A stretch of DNA of 64,000 nt, taken from the NCBI GenBank assembly GCA_944329425.1, contig CALVIG010000003.1, positions 51,460 through 115,459 of the forward strand. The letters are read 5' to 3'. The first letter of the stretch is position 1. Each line of letters begins with the position of its first letter. Shown piece after piece: positions 32,080 to 42,055 of this stretch. The notes under the pieces are model-generated. The model did not search any database. It was given only the letters and a program-made list of their open reading frames with translations, and was not told where the DNA came from. Source of the stretch: an uncultured Bacilli bacterium. Its GTDB lineage: Bacteria; Bacillota_I; Bacilli_A; RF39; UBA660. The translations under genes and the position numbers were made by a program.

Positions 32080-32901
32080 ATGACAGTAGATAATGTTTTA
32101 ACAATAATAAAAGATATAATAGATATATGTATTGTATGGGCAGGAATGTATTTTATATTAAAAAGCATTAAAAACAACGTAAAATTTACGATGCTTTTTA
32201 AAGGAATAATAATCATAATAGTAATTAAATTGTTAAGTGATTTATTTGATTTGACCGCGATAGGTTTATTATTAGAATATGTTGTTATGTGGGGACCACT
32301 TGCGCTTGTTATCATATTCCAACCGGAAATAAGGTCAGTTTTAGAACAATTAGGAAGGTCGCAGCTACTTGGAAGACATAAGGTATTAACCATTTCTGAA
32401 AGAGAAAGAATTGTATATGAAATAGGACTAGCATTAGAATATTTAAAAAAGCATAGAATTGGTGCTTTAATCGTTATTGAAAGAGACAATTCCCTTGCGG
32501 AATACATAGAAAGATCTAAAAAATTATATGCTGAAATATCAAACGAACTTTTGGTGGCAATATTCTTCCCAGATAACCCACTTCATGATGGTGGTGTAAT
32601 AATCCAAGGTGATAAAATAACTTCTGCGGGAGCCGTATTTCCTACTACCGTAGAAATGAAGTTTAGTAAAAGGTTAGGAACAAGGCATCGTGCTGCAATT
32701 GGTATAAGTGAAGAAACTGATGCAATAGCAATTATCGTATCAGAAGAAACCGGAAGAATATCGATTGCCATAAATGGCAACTTGAATTATAATTTATCAT
32801 TAGAAGAAGCTAAAATGATGATTTTAGATGAATTAAAACCAAAGAAAACCGCTGAATTTGATTATGAGGTAGAAGAAGTGGAAGGTGAAGATAATGAATA
32901 A
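32080..32901 (+). CDS. cdaA: Diadenylate cyclase CdaA (c-di-AMP synthase)
   Basis: Three N-terminal transmembrane helices and a DAC domain with HDGGVIIQGDKITSAGAVFP and RHRAAIGISEETDA motifs. Confidence 0.85.
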   Translation: MTVDNVLTIIKDIIDICIVWAGMYFILKSIKNNVKFTMLFKGIIIIIVIKLLSDLFDLTAIGLLLEYVVMWGPLALVIIFQPEIRSVLEQLGRSQLLGRHKVLTISERERIVYEIGLALEYLKKHRIGALIVIERDNSLAEYIERSKKLYAEISNELLVAIFFPDNPLHDGGVIIQGDKITSAGAVFPTTVEMKFSKRLGTRHRAAIGISEETDAIAIIVSEETGRISIAINGNLNYNLSLEEAKMMILDELKPKKTAEFDYEVEEVEGEDNE

Positions 32902-34258
32902 GGTATTTAAATCGATTTCCAAGTTTTTTAAAAAAATCGGAAAATTCATTGATAAAAAAATAATCCTTCCCATAGCAAAATTCTTTGTTGGAATTTCTAA
33001 TAAGTTTAAGGGTAACGGTAGAAGTTTTGAAAAAATATTAACTAGGAAACCAGGGCTTATAATCGTATCTTTGGTGATTGCTTTGGGCGTGTTTTTTATC
33101 GCAGATACAAAATCAACGTCATTAATTGAAACGTCAGCCGAAGTGTTGTATGACCAACCTATTTCAGCGACTTATAATGAAGAAGCATACGTTGTTGAAG
33201 GCTTGCCAGAAACGGTTGATATAACGTTAATAGGTAGAAAATCAGATGTTTACTTAGCTAAACAATTACCAACCAATGATATAACCGTAGACTTAACAGG
33301 GTTAAAACCTGGGGTTCATAAGGTTAATTTAAAATATAAAAAGGCATTAAGTTCGGTTGAATATAAGCTAGATCCTTCAGTGGCAACAATAGTTATATAC
33401 GAGAAGGTATCAGAAGAAAAAGAAATAAATTATGAAGTTATAAACAAAGATAAGATAGATTCAAAATTAATGATTGAAGACGTAACTTTAAGTACTGAAA
33501 AAGTTTATGTTAAGGGTAAAGAAGCTACGTTAAATGAAGTAGCTTCCGTAAAAGCTTTAATTGATTTAAAAAACTTAGTTGATCCTAGTGTTGGGGAACA
33601 AGAGTTAAAAGATGTAAGCTTAGTTGCATATGATAGTAATGGTAAAAAGGTGGATGTAGAAATAGTTCCTTCTAAAATTACTGCAACGGTTAAGATAACA
33701 TCCCCACAAAAAGAAGTTCCAATAAAAGTAATACCTAAAAATTATGATAAGATTGTATTTGGTAAAGCAATAAGTAAAATAACTACTGATGTAACTAAAG
33801 TCACTATATATGGCGAATCATCTAAATTAGATAAAATATCTTATATACCGGTTTACGTAGATGTTGGGGATTTAAAAGAAGATAAAAAATATTCTATTAC
33901 GATTACGAAACCAAACGGTGTAAGGGCAATCAGTGAAAATTCCGTTAACGTTAACGTTGAACTTGGTGATGAAACATCTAAGGAAATTAATGATGTATAT
34001 TTGGAATACGAAAACCTTGGTGATGGATTGACAGTTCAAGCGGTTGACGCTGATAGTACTAAGGTAACCGTTAGCGTAAAAGGTGTTGAAAGTGTTCTAG
34101 CGGATCTTGATCCTACGACCATTAAGGCTTATGTGGACTTAAAAGGATTGGGCGTTGGAGTACACGAAATTCCGGTTCAAGTAACAGGATCTGATGAAAA
34201 AGTTAAGTATTCTTCTAAAACAACTAAGATAACGCTAAGAATAACGCAAAAAAATTAA
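32885..34258 (+). CDS. cdaR: CdaA regulatory protein CdaR (YbbR-like domain repeats)
   Basis: Follows and overlaps cdaA. N-terminal transmembrane anchor, then repeated YbbR-like beta-rich modules. Confidence 0.7.
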   Translation: MKIMNKVFKSISKFFKKIGKFIDKKIILPIAKFFVGISNKFKGNGRSFEKILTRKPGLIIVSLVIALGVFFIADTKSTSLIETSAEVLYDQPISATYNEEAYVVEGLPETVDITLIGRKSDVYLAKQLPTNDITVDLTGLKPGVHKVNLKYKKALSSVEYKLDPSVATIVIYEKVSEEKEINYEVINKDKIDSKLMIEDVTLSTEKVYVKGKEATLNEVASVKALIDLKNLVDPSVGEQELKDVSLVAYDSNGKKVDVEIVPSKITATVKITSPQKEVPIKVIPKNYDKIVFGKAISKITTDVTKVTIYGESSKLDKISYIPVYVDVGDLKEDKKYSITITKPNGVRAISENSVNVNVELGDETSKEINDVYLEYENLGDGLTVQAVDADSTKVTVSVKGVESVLADLDPTTIKAYVDLKGLGVGVHEIPVQVTGSDEKVKYSSKTTKITLRITQKN

Positions 34259-34370
34259 AAATGGTTGACAAATGTACCGGTTTAAAGTAAAATTTAAATT
34301 GGTACATTTTATAACCCCACGTAAGTTTGTCCTGGGAAAACAAACTTATTAAGGAAAGGAAGAATTTATT

Positions 34371-34799
34371 ATGACAACATTTATGGCTAATGCCGCAAAC
34401 ATTGAGCGTAAATGGTATGTTATCGATGCTAAGGGAAAACCATTAGGTAGGGTAGCATCTAAAGCTGCTGTAATGTTAAGAGGAAAACATAAAGCAACTT
34501 ATACACCACACGTTGATTGTGGAGATAACATTATCATTATTAACGCTAAAGAAGTAGCTTTAACTGGTAACAAGTTAGCGCAAAAAATTTATTATAATCA
34601 TAGTGGTTATACAGGTGGTTTAAGAGAAAGAACCGCTAAGGAAATGAAAGAAAATTATCCAGTAGAAATGGTTGAAAGAGCAGTAAAAGGAATGCTTCCA
34701 AAAGGAAGATTAGGAAGACAAATGTATAAAAAATTATTTGTATATGAAGGTGCTGATCATAAGCATCAAGCTCAAAAACCAGAGATTGTGGAAATTTAA
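34371..34799 (+). CDS. rplM: 50S ribosomal protein L13
   Basis: [19 protein letters not shown]...[11 protein letters not shown]. Confidence 0.95.
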   Translation: MTTFMANAANIERKWYVIDAKGKPLGRVASKAAVMLRGKHKATYTPHVDCGDNIIIINAKEVALTGNKLAQKIYYNHSGYTGGLRERTAKEMKENYPVEMVERAVKGMLPKGRLGRQMYKKLFVYEGADHKHQAQKPEIVEI

Positions 34800-34810
34800 G
34801 GAGGAGAAAA

Positions 34811-35224
34811 ATGGCAAAAACATTCATTGGTACAGGTCGTCGCAAACGTTCAATCGCTCGTGTTAGAATGACGTCTGGTAAAGGTAAAATTACCATTAAT
34901 GGTAGAGATGTTAACGAATATCTTCCTTTTAAAACTTTGGTTATGGACTTAACTCAACCATTAGATGTAACAAAAACACGTGATAAATTTGATATTGAAG
35001 TAACTGTTAATGGTGGTGGATTTTCAGGTCAAACGGGAGCTATTCGTTTAGGAATAACAAGAGCTTTATTACAATACGATAAAAATACTGACCCTACTTC
35101 AGAATCTTCTTTTAGAAAAATTTTGAAAGCTGAAGGGTTCATTACTAGGGATGCAAGAATTAAAGAACGTAAAAAGTATGGTTTAAAGAAAGCTCGTCGT
35201 GCACCACAATTTAGTAAACGTTAA
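34811..35224 (+). CDS. rpsI: 30S ribosomal protein S9
   Basis: [13 protein letters not shown]...[15 protein letters not shown]...[12 protein letters not shown]. Confidence 0.95.
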   Translation: MAKTFIGTGRRKRSIARVRMTSGKGKITINGRDVNEYLPFKTLVMDLTQPLDVTKTRDKFDIEVTVNGGGFSGQTGAIRLGITRALLQYDKNTDPTSESSFRKILKAEGFITRDARIKERKKYGLKKARRAPQFSKR

Positions 35225-35284
35225 GATAAAAAGATTTGGTATTTTGAACTGAACCCCAAAAGTTGGACAGTTTATAATTAGTTT

Positions 35285-36097
35285 CTAATTAGAGGATTGT
35301 AACCTGTAATTTACAGGGGACAGTCCTTTTAATTTTACTTTAATTCTATCATAATTGTAATAATAAATATAGTCATCTATTGCTTTTATCAAGTCATCTA
35401 ATGTTTTATAATTATCTTCTTGATCATAAAACATTTCTGTTTTGAGTATGCCAAAAAAGTTTTCCATCATTCCATTATCCATACTATTTCCTTTTCTAGA
35501 CATGCTTTGTTTTATACCATTATTTTTTAATCTTTGTTGATATGATTCATGTTGGTATTGCCAGCCTTGATCCGAATGAAATATCAATCCATTAAGATTA
35601 TTATTCTTATCAAACGCTTTATTAAGCATATCGTTTATTTGTTCTAAGTTAGGTGATTTAGAAGTGTTATAAGATATTACTTCTCCATTAAATCCATCTA
35701 ATATTGGTGATAAATAACATTTCTCTCCACGAAGATTAAATTCTGTAACATCTGTATACCATTTTTTATTAGGTTTATCTGCATTAAAATCTCTTTCGAT
35801 TAAATTATCAGCAATTTTACCAATTGTTCCTTTATAAGAAGAGTATTTTCTTTTGTTTCTTTTTAATGGTTTTAATCCTAATTTAACCATTAATCTATAA
35901 ACTTTTTTATGATTAACATTATAACCTTGATTTCTTAATTCTAATGTAATTCTACGATACCCATATCTTTCTTTATTATTAATAAATATTTCTTTTATTT
36001 TTTCTATTATTTCTTTATTTTTATCATCTTTGTCTATTTTAGATAAAGTATAATAATATACTGATTTAGCTAAACCAGATACTTGTAGAAGAATCAT
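35285..36097 (-). CDS. IS3-family transposase OrfB (DDE integrase core)
   Basis: rve-type motifs KKWYTDVTEF, LIFHSDQGWQYQ and ENFFGILKTE (DDE triad). Confidence 0.85.
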   Translation of the reverse strand: MILLQVSGLAKSVYYYTLSKIDKDDKNKEIIEKIKEIFINNKERYGYRRITLELRNQGYNVNHKKVYRLMVKLGLKPLKRNKRKYSSYKGTIGKIADNLIERDFNADKPNKKWYTDVTEFNLRGEKCYLSPILDGFNGEVISYNTSKSPNLEQINDMLNKAFDKNNNLNGLIFHSDQGWQYQHESYQQRLKNNGIKQSMSRKGNSMDNGMMENFFGILKTEMFYDQEDNYKTLDDLIKAIDDYIYYYNYDRIKVKLKGLSPVNYRLQSSN

Positions 36098-36132
36098 TAA
36101 TGGATATGTTAGCCGAAGTTCACTTACAACAT

Positions 36133-36642
36133 TTACTTTTTCTTCTGTTGTTGATTCTTCCTTGCTTGAACAACGGCTCTCAATTTTTTTGAGTAATCTA
36201 GTTCTGCTTTCAAATATAAATTTTCTTCTTCTAATCTTTTAACTTTTTCTTCTATGGTTTCATTTTTTGGGGGCTTTGTAGATTTCTTTGGCATAGTCGA
36301 TCGACCTCGCTTTCGTTCAACTATATTATAACCCATTTCTTTATATTTTTTTATCCAAGTATGTAACATTCCTTCACTTGGAAGTCCTTCATCAACAGAA
36401 ACAGATTGTATTGATTCATTATTTAATAATACTCGATTTATAATTTGTTCTTTTTGGTAAGGTGTATAATATTTATTTTTAGTATGTTTTAATATATCAA
36501 ATCCATGCCTATCTATAAGCCAAACCAAATATTGAATATTATGCTTAGTTATACCATATTTAGAATGTAGAGTATTTAATGTTACTCCTGCTTTTCTTTT
36601 ATTATATATTTCTATTTTTTCTTCATAACTTAATTTGCTCAT
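36133..36642 (-). CDS. IS3-family transposase OrfA (HTH)
   Basis: HTH and leucine-zipper-like region (LKAELDYSKKLRAV). It lies upstream of and overlaps orfB in the -1 frame. Confidence 0.8.
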   Translation of the reverse strand: MSKLSYEEKIEIYNKRKAGVTLNTLHSKYGITKHNIQYLVWLIDRHGFDILKHTKNKYYTPYQKEQIINRVLLNNESIQSVSVDEGLPSEGMLHTWIKKYKEMGYNIVERKRGRSTMPKKSTKPPKNETIEEKVKRLEEENLYLKAELDYSKKLRAVVQARKNQQQKKK

Positions 36643-36849
36643 ATAAAAACCTCGTTTCTATGTCCAAGAAACGGGGTTCATATCATTTTCCAAATCTTTT
36701 TATTTTTGTTTTACAAACATTTTATTTTGACATATTTTATACAATGGCTTGTCTTATTATTATTTTAGTCATTAATAAATGACAATATTTAACATTATTA
36801 CGTACTATTTTGCTGTTTGTGTGTTATAATTTATGATAGGTGATGCTAG

Positions 36850-37779
36850 GTGAAGACAAAGGAGTTTAAAACCCTAGATGAGCAAATAGAAATTTTAAAA
36901 AACCGTGGGTTGGTTATTAATGACATTGATGGTGCGAAAAGATTGCTATTAAGAGAAAATTATTTCTTTATTAACGGATATCGTCATATATTTCTTAAGA
37001 ATCGTAATGGAAATGACTTCATAAAGGGTACTACCTTTGAAGAGTTGTATGCGGTATTTCAGTTTGATAGGAATTTTAGAAACATCTTGTTTAAGAATTT
37101 GCTTATCGTTGAAAACAACTTAAAATCAATACTATCATATTGTTTATCAAAAAAATATGGTATTAAAGAAAAAGATTATTTAAAACCTTCTAATTTTTCT
37201 CAAGACATAAAAAAAATTAGACAAGTAAACGATGTTTTAAGCAAGATTAAAAGGCAAATAAAATTAAATGGTAGGCAGCATAGTGCTACGCTTCACTATT
37301 TAAGTAATTATGGTTATGTTCCTTTATGGATCTTAGTAAAGTTACTATCTTTTGGTATGATTAATGAATTATATTCTATACTAAAACCGGAGGATAAATT
37401 ACTAATTGCAGAATATTATAATTTAGATGTTGAAACGTTAGGAATATACATAGGACTTTTATCTAATTATCGTAATTTGTGCGCCCATGAAGACATTGTA
37501 TATGATCATAAAACGCAAAAAGAAATTCCTGATACTAGATACCATAGAATACTTGATATACCTACCATGAATGATGAATATGAGTATGGTAAAAATGATA
37601 TTTATGCCGTTGTAATAATGTTAAAACAAGTTTTAGACGAAAGGGATTTTAGCTCTTTTATAGGTGAAGTAAGTTACGAACTAAGTTTGTTAGATGGAAG
37701 GGTAGAAGTTATTCCTCAAAGAAAGATTTTAGATAAGATGGGATTTCCCGAAAATTGGGAGGATATCACTAATATTTAA
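36850..37779 (+). CDS. Abi_2 family abortive-infection protein (AbiD/AbiF-like)
   Basis: N-terminal motif FKTLDEQIEILKNRGLVI...ENYFFINGYRHIF is typical of Pfam Abi_2. GTG start. Confidence 0.65.
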   Translation: MKTKEFKTLDEQIEILKNRGLVINDIDGAKRLLLRENYFFINGYRHIFLKNRNGNDFIKGTTFEELYAVFQFDRNFRNILFKNLLIVENNLKSILSYCLSKKYGIKEKDYLKPSNFSQDIKKIRQVNDVLSKIKRQIKLNGRQHSATLHYLSNYGYVPLWILVKLLSFGMINELYSILKPEDKLLIAEYYNLDVETLGIYIGLLSNYRNLCAHEDIVYDHKTQKEIPDTRYHRILDIPTMNDEYEYGKNDIYAVVIMLKQVLDERDFSSFIGEVSYELSLLDGRVEVIPQRKILDKMGFPENWEDITNI

Positions 37780-37798
37780 TAAAGAAAGGTGAGGTTTT

Positions 37799-38950
37799 GT
37801 GGAAAAAATAGAAGTTTCTAACAGTGAAAAAAATAATATTGGTAAGAAAAATAATAAAAAAAGTAAGTTAAAGTATTTTATTTTTCTGTTAATAGCGTTT
37901 ATTCTTGGCGGAGTAATTATGTACGTTTATAGTATCAATAATCCGACTGTTGTTACAAAAAATAGAACTATCTCCCAAACTAAGGTTACCGAAGAAGCAA
38001 TGGAAGATGCAATAGATAAAGTGTATGATTCGGTGTTATGTATAGAAGTATTAAATGATAACGGGGATACGCTTAGTACGGGAACGGGATTTGTTTACGC
38101 AAAAGATGACAAGTATGGTTACGTATTAACTAACGCACACGTGGTTTCTGGTGGTAGTAACATACAAGCCACTTTATCAAATAACGAAGTTGTTAAACTA
38201 ACCATATTAGGAACGGATTCTTATACTGATTTGGCGGTTTTAAGAATGGATGCAAAAGATGTTCTTCAAGTTGCTAGTATTGGTACGAGTGAAAATATGG
38301 AAGTGGGTAATACTGTGTTTACCGTAGGCTCACCAATGGGTGCTACTTATGCGGGAACCGTTACTAAGGGTATTTTATCTGGTAAGGATAGGCTTGTTGA
38401 GACAAGTACTTCTAATAATCTTTTAAATTCAGAATCTTACATAGTAAAGGTGTTACAAACTGATGCTGCAATAAGTCCTGGAAATAGTGGTGGACCTTTA
38501 GTAAATTTAGCAGGAGATGTTATTGGGATCACGTCACTTAAATTAGTTGACGAGGAAGTAGAAGGTATGGGCTTTGCCATTCCGATAGAAGATGCTATGA
38601 ATTACGTGGATACACTTGAAAAAGGTGAAACAATACAAAGACCTATGATGGGTGTACAAATAATTGATTTAACCAATAAATACGTTTTATACAGATATGG
38701 TATAAACGTTGATGATAGCATAGAATCAGGTGTTATGCTAATGGAGGTTAGTAATGGTTATCCAGCAGCGGATGCTGGTTTAAAAGATGGGGATGTTATA
38801 ACCGAAATAAATGGTGAAAAAGTAAGTACAACTTCTGAATTTAAATATGAATTATATAAACATTCCGTTGGAGATACAATAGAAGTAACTTATATTAGAG
38901 ATGGAAAAGAAAAGAAAACTAACGTAACTTTAAATAAAAATAGTGAATAA
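37799..38950 (+). CDS. HtrA/DegP-family serine protease (trypsin-like domain plus PDZ)
   Basis: N-terminal transmembrane anchor, GSGFVY-like region TGTGFVYAKD, catalytic GNSGGPLVN, and a C-terminal PDZ domain. Confidence 0.8.
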   Translation: MEKIEVSNSEKNNIGKKNNKKSKLKYFIFLLIAFILGGVIMYVYSINNPTVVTKNRTISQTKVTEEAMEDAIDKVYDSVLCIEVLNDNGDTLSTGTGFVYAKDDKYGYVLTNAHVVSGGSNIQATLSNNEVVKLTILGTDSYTDLAVLRMDAKDVLQVASIGTSENMEVGNTVFTVGSPMGATYAGTVTKGILSGKDRLVETSTSNNLLNSESYIVKVLQTDAAISPGNSGGPLVNLAGDVIGITSLKLVDEEVEGMGFAIPIEDAMNYVDTLEKGETIQRPMMGVQIIDLTNKYVLYRYGINVDDSIESGVMLMEVSNGYPAADAGLKDGDVITEINGEKVSTTSEFKYELYKHSVGDTIEVTYIRDGKEKKTNVTLNKNSE

Positions 38951-39066
38951 ATAAATATTAAGTAGAATATTCTTTAATGAATGTTCTACTTTTTGTTTAC
39001 ATGTTATATCATAGATATTATGTTTATTAATTAATAAATGCTATAATTGAATGGGGAAGTGATAAC

Positions 39067-39729
39067 GTGAGTATATATACTTATTTTTTACTGTTCATAA
39101 TTTATTCGTTTGTAGGATGGGTAATAGAAATAATTACTGAATATTATCATCATAAAAGATTTGTTAACAGGGGTTTTTTAATAGGACCTTATTGTCCCAT
39201 TTATGGAGCGGCATCGGTAGTTATGATATTATTTTTAAATAAATACATAGATGATCCAATAGCATTATTTGTTATGGCACTTGTAATATGCTCAATTATT
39301 GAATATTTGGCTAGCTATGTTATGGAAAAATTATTTAATGCTAGATGGTGGGATTACAGTAATAATAAATTTAATATAAATGGTAGAATATGTTTAGAAA
39401 CCATGATACCATTTGGTTTTGGAGGTTTATTATTAATGTATTTTATCAATCCTTTTGTTGTAAAAGTTTTATCCTATGTACCAACTGGTTTGTTAAAGAT
39501 TATAGCGATTATTCTGTTTTTATTATTTTTAATGGATTGCTTCATTTCGTTTAAAATAATATTAGGGTTTAAGAAGGTTACTTTTAAACAAGAAAGAGAT
39601 AATACTGCAGAAATAACGAATAAGGTAAAAGAAACTTTAATTAAAAAATCAAAGCTTAACAAAAGATTAATAAATTCATTTCCTAATTTAAGGGTAAGAA
39701 AACGAAAAACAAAAAAAAGAAACAAGTAG
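39067..39729 (+). CDS. Putative ABC-transporter type IV (CmpB-like) family membrane protein
   Basis: Polytopic protein with a YSFVGWVIE...LIGPYCPIYG motif reminiscent of PF06541. Basic C-terminus. Confidence 0.4.
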   Translation: MSIYTYFLLFIIYSFVGWVIEIITEYYHHKRFVNRGFLIGPYCPIYGAASVVMILFLNKYIDDPIALFVMALVICSIIEYLASYVMEKLFNARWWDYSNNKFNINGRICLETMIPFGFGGLLLMYFINPFVVKVLSYVPTGLLKIIAIILFLLFLMDCFISFKIILGFKKVTFKQERDNTAEITNKVKETLIKKSKLNKRLINSFPNLRVRKRKTKKRNK

Positions 39730-39827
39730 TTTCTTTTTTTAAATTATTAAAAATATAGAATGTTTCTTATTATCAACCTATTTTTAAATCCATATAATAT
39801 AAAAGAGAAATGATGGAGGTTATTTTT

Positions 39828-40724
39828 ATGTATTGTGATAAGTTAGATTCTTGTAATAAAAGTTGTTGTGGACCTTTTAAACGTGTGTATCCTATTCCTG
39901 GGCCTACTGGCCCGACAGGACCCACGGGACCAATGGGAGCAACAGGCCCAACAGGTCCAACAGGTCCAACCGGCCCTACTGGACCAGTAGGTGCTACCGG
40001 ACCAACTGGAAGTGTTGAGGTAAACCCATATGATTTATATGTTCAATCTACGGCAGTACCCGGAGGAGATGGTAGTCAATCTGCACCTTTTCAAACAATA
40101 CAAGAGGCACTAGCAGTATCAAAACCTAATGGCACGATAAACGTTTTAAGTGGCACTTATCCTATCACGCAGCAGATTACTTTAAATATTCCAGGATTAA
40201 CGTTAAAAGGTAAGGCTGGAACAATGATTTTGCTTAAGGCACCGATTGTACCATTTCTATGTACTGGGGGTAATATCACGATTGATGGATTTACCATGAC
40301 AAGTGATGCACCATATCCGGTTGAATTTATACAAATTGCAGGAGATGGGAACCAAATTTTAAATTGTCAGATTTATGGCCCAGACCAGCAGGGAGATTCT
40401 TCAACATGGGTAGTAAACAGGGGATTTGTAACCCAAAATAATGCTACTAATTTATTAGTACGAAATAATGTTTTTCATACGCTAAGGCAACCCGCGTATT
40501 TAAATCCTAACTCTACTGGAACAATTATGGATAACGTTGTTTATAATACTCGTGGGTACGTGGTTGATCAGGCGATATTTTTGTTTTCGGGTAATTCTTG
40601 GGGAATTCCAGAAAATACGGTAGATATTGCGTTACTTGCGGGGACTAAAACTGGTGCGCCTTATGATCCACTATCAGCTTTAGAAGCTAATAATAGTAAT
40701 GTTACAATCAGTGATCAGCGGTAA
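39828..40724 (+). CDS. Collagen-like triple-helix repeat protein with C-terminal right-handed beta-helix domain
   Basis: Cys-rich N-terminus ([16 protein letters not shown]) and about 20 GPT/GAT triplets ([37 protein letters not shown]). It is followed by repetitive N/G/T-rich beta-helix-like rungs. Local GC is elevated. The ATG at 39828 is the preferred start. Confidence 0.7.
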   Translation: MYCDKLDSCNKSCCGPFKRVYPIPGPTGPTGPTGPMGATGPTGPTGPTGPTGPVGATGPTGSVEVNPYDLYVQSTAVPGGDGSQSAPFQTIQEALAVSKPNGTINVLSGTYPITQQITLNIPGLTLKGKAGTMILLKAPIVPFLCTGGNITIDGFTMTSDAPYPVEFIQIAGDGNQILNCQIYGPDQQGDSSTWVVNRGFVTQNNATNLLVRNNVFHTLRQPAYLNPNSTGTIMDNVVYNTRGYVVDQAIFLFSGNSWGIPENTVDIALLAGTKTGAPYDPLSALEANNSNVTISDQR

Positions 40725-40867
40725 AATAAGAGTATTTAAGTGTAATAATATAAATAAAAATAATAATTTTAAATTTAAAAGTAGCAGATGTAACTAAGAC
40801 TTCAATAATTTCATAGTAAGTAGAAGTTCTTTATAACTAAAAAAATATGAATTAATATTTTCTGTAT

Positions 40868-41917
40868 GTGAATATGAAGGAATTTATTAAAACTAATAGT
40901 ATAACAAATCTTTTAGGTTTCTTTTTTTATGAAGGCTATAATTATTGTATAATTAAATCGATAACATCAAAAAAGATAGGATTTTATTTGATTATGAAAC
41001 TAAAAGATTTAAAATGTGAAAATTATGATATTAATCTAGATGAATATATTGAATTTAGAGAAAATGTTAAAAAAAATATGATACACCCAGAATGGCTTGG
41101 TGATTTTTCAAAAGAAGATTTATTAAACCTATTAAATAATAACTCTAAAATATGGATTTACTATTTAGATAAAGAACCTGTTTGTTCTATGATGTTAATT
41201 CCAGCAGATAAAAATGCTTTATTAAAATTTAAATTAGGTTTAGATTACAAAGTCGTAGCTGACTATGGTCCTATGTTTGTTAATCCAAAATACGTGGGTA
41301 ATGGTTTACAGTATCAGATGCTGCTTGAATTGGACAATTATTGTATTAATATGGGATATGAATATGCAGTAACAACTATTCATCCAGATAATATTTATTC
41401 AATCAATAATATAATAAAAGATGATTTTAAGCTAATTAACTATAAGGGTTTCAAAAGAGGCGTAAGAAATATTTATTTGAATTGTTTGGGTAAAAATCAT
41501 ATTCAAAAAATATTAACATTTATTATTTGTGATAATAAATTATTATTATTAAAAGGAAGTAACAAAGATCCTCAATTTCATAAATCATTTTGGTATGTTG
41601 TAACAGGAGCCGTAGAAAAAGAAGATAAAAGTTTAATGGATGCTGTTATACGTGAAATAAAAGAAGAAACGAATTTGAATGCATTAGAGATAAAAAGAAT
41701 TCCATTTTTATTTAAATATGAGTCATTGGGCAAAAAATGCTTAGAACATTGCTTTATAACATATTCTAATAATGATAATATAATTTTAAATGAAGAAAGT
41801 ATTGATTATAAATGGTGTGATCTAGAAGAATTTATAGATTTAATTAATTGGTATGATTCAAAGGCTAAATTAAAAGAAATATTAACTAAATATTTTAATA
41901 ATAAACTTAAAAAATAA
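40868..41917 (+). CDS. GNAT acetyltransferase-like N-terminal domain fused to a NUDIX hydrolase domain
   Basis: Nudix box GAVEKEDKSLMDAVIREIKEETNL in the C-terminal half. The N-terminal half shows a GNAT-like fold signature (YVGNGLQYQML). A terminator hairpin follows at 41921-41945. Confidence 0.55.
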   Translation: MNMKEFIKTNSITNLLGFFFYEGYNYCIIKSITSKKIGFYLIMKLKDLKCENYDINLDEYIEFRENVKKNMIHPEWLGDFSKEDLLNLLNNNSKIWIYYLDKEPVCSMMLIPADKNALLKFKLGLDYKVVADYGPMFVNPKYVGNGLQYQMLLELDNYCINMGYEYAVTTIHPDNIYSINNIIKDDFKLINYKGFKRGVRNIYLNCLGKNHIQKILTFIICDNKLLLLKGSNKDPQFHKSFWYVVTGAVEKEDKSLMDAVIREIKEETNLNALEIKRIPFLFKYESLGKKCLEHCFITYSNNDNIILNEESIDYKWCDLEEFIDLINWYDSKAKLKEILTKYFNNKLKK

Positions 41918-41998
41918 GTTAAGAAACCTTTTGGGTTTCTTTTTTTGTTATCACCCAAATAGGTATTAATCATAAAATACTTTGAAGGAAGTGATAAT

Positions 41999-42055
41999 AT
42001 GGTTATAGTAGATGCTGGACATCAAAGGTGCTTTTTAACAAGGTATATAAAATAA
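41999..42055 (+). pseudogene. 5' fragment of a cwlC-type N-acetylmuramoyl-L-alanine amidase (Amidase_3) gene, interrupted after MVIVDAGH
   Basis: RBS GAAGGAAG followed by ATG. The encoded MVIVDAGH is the start of the IDAGHGGxDPGA catalytic motif. The frame runs into element DNA and stops after 18 codons. The 3' remainder is at 58005-58270. Confidence 0.6.

Larger units (their letters stand above)
35250..36680 (-). mobile_element. IS3-family insertion sequence (about 1.43 kb) with imperfect terminal inverted repeats
   Basis: Left end TGAACCCCAAAAGTTGGACAG. The right end, reverse-complemented, is TGAACCCCGTTTCTTGGACAT. It contains orfA/orfB in the -1 frameshift arrangement. Confidence 0.8.

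Noticed and set aside
39880-40010. Regularly spaced short repeat (GGNCCNAC)n flagged as possible CRISPR-like periodic repeat
   Set aside because: Period is 9 nt, in frame, and encodes Gly-Pro-Thr collagen triplets within a long ORF. No spacers or cas genes nearby.
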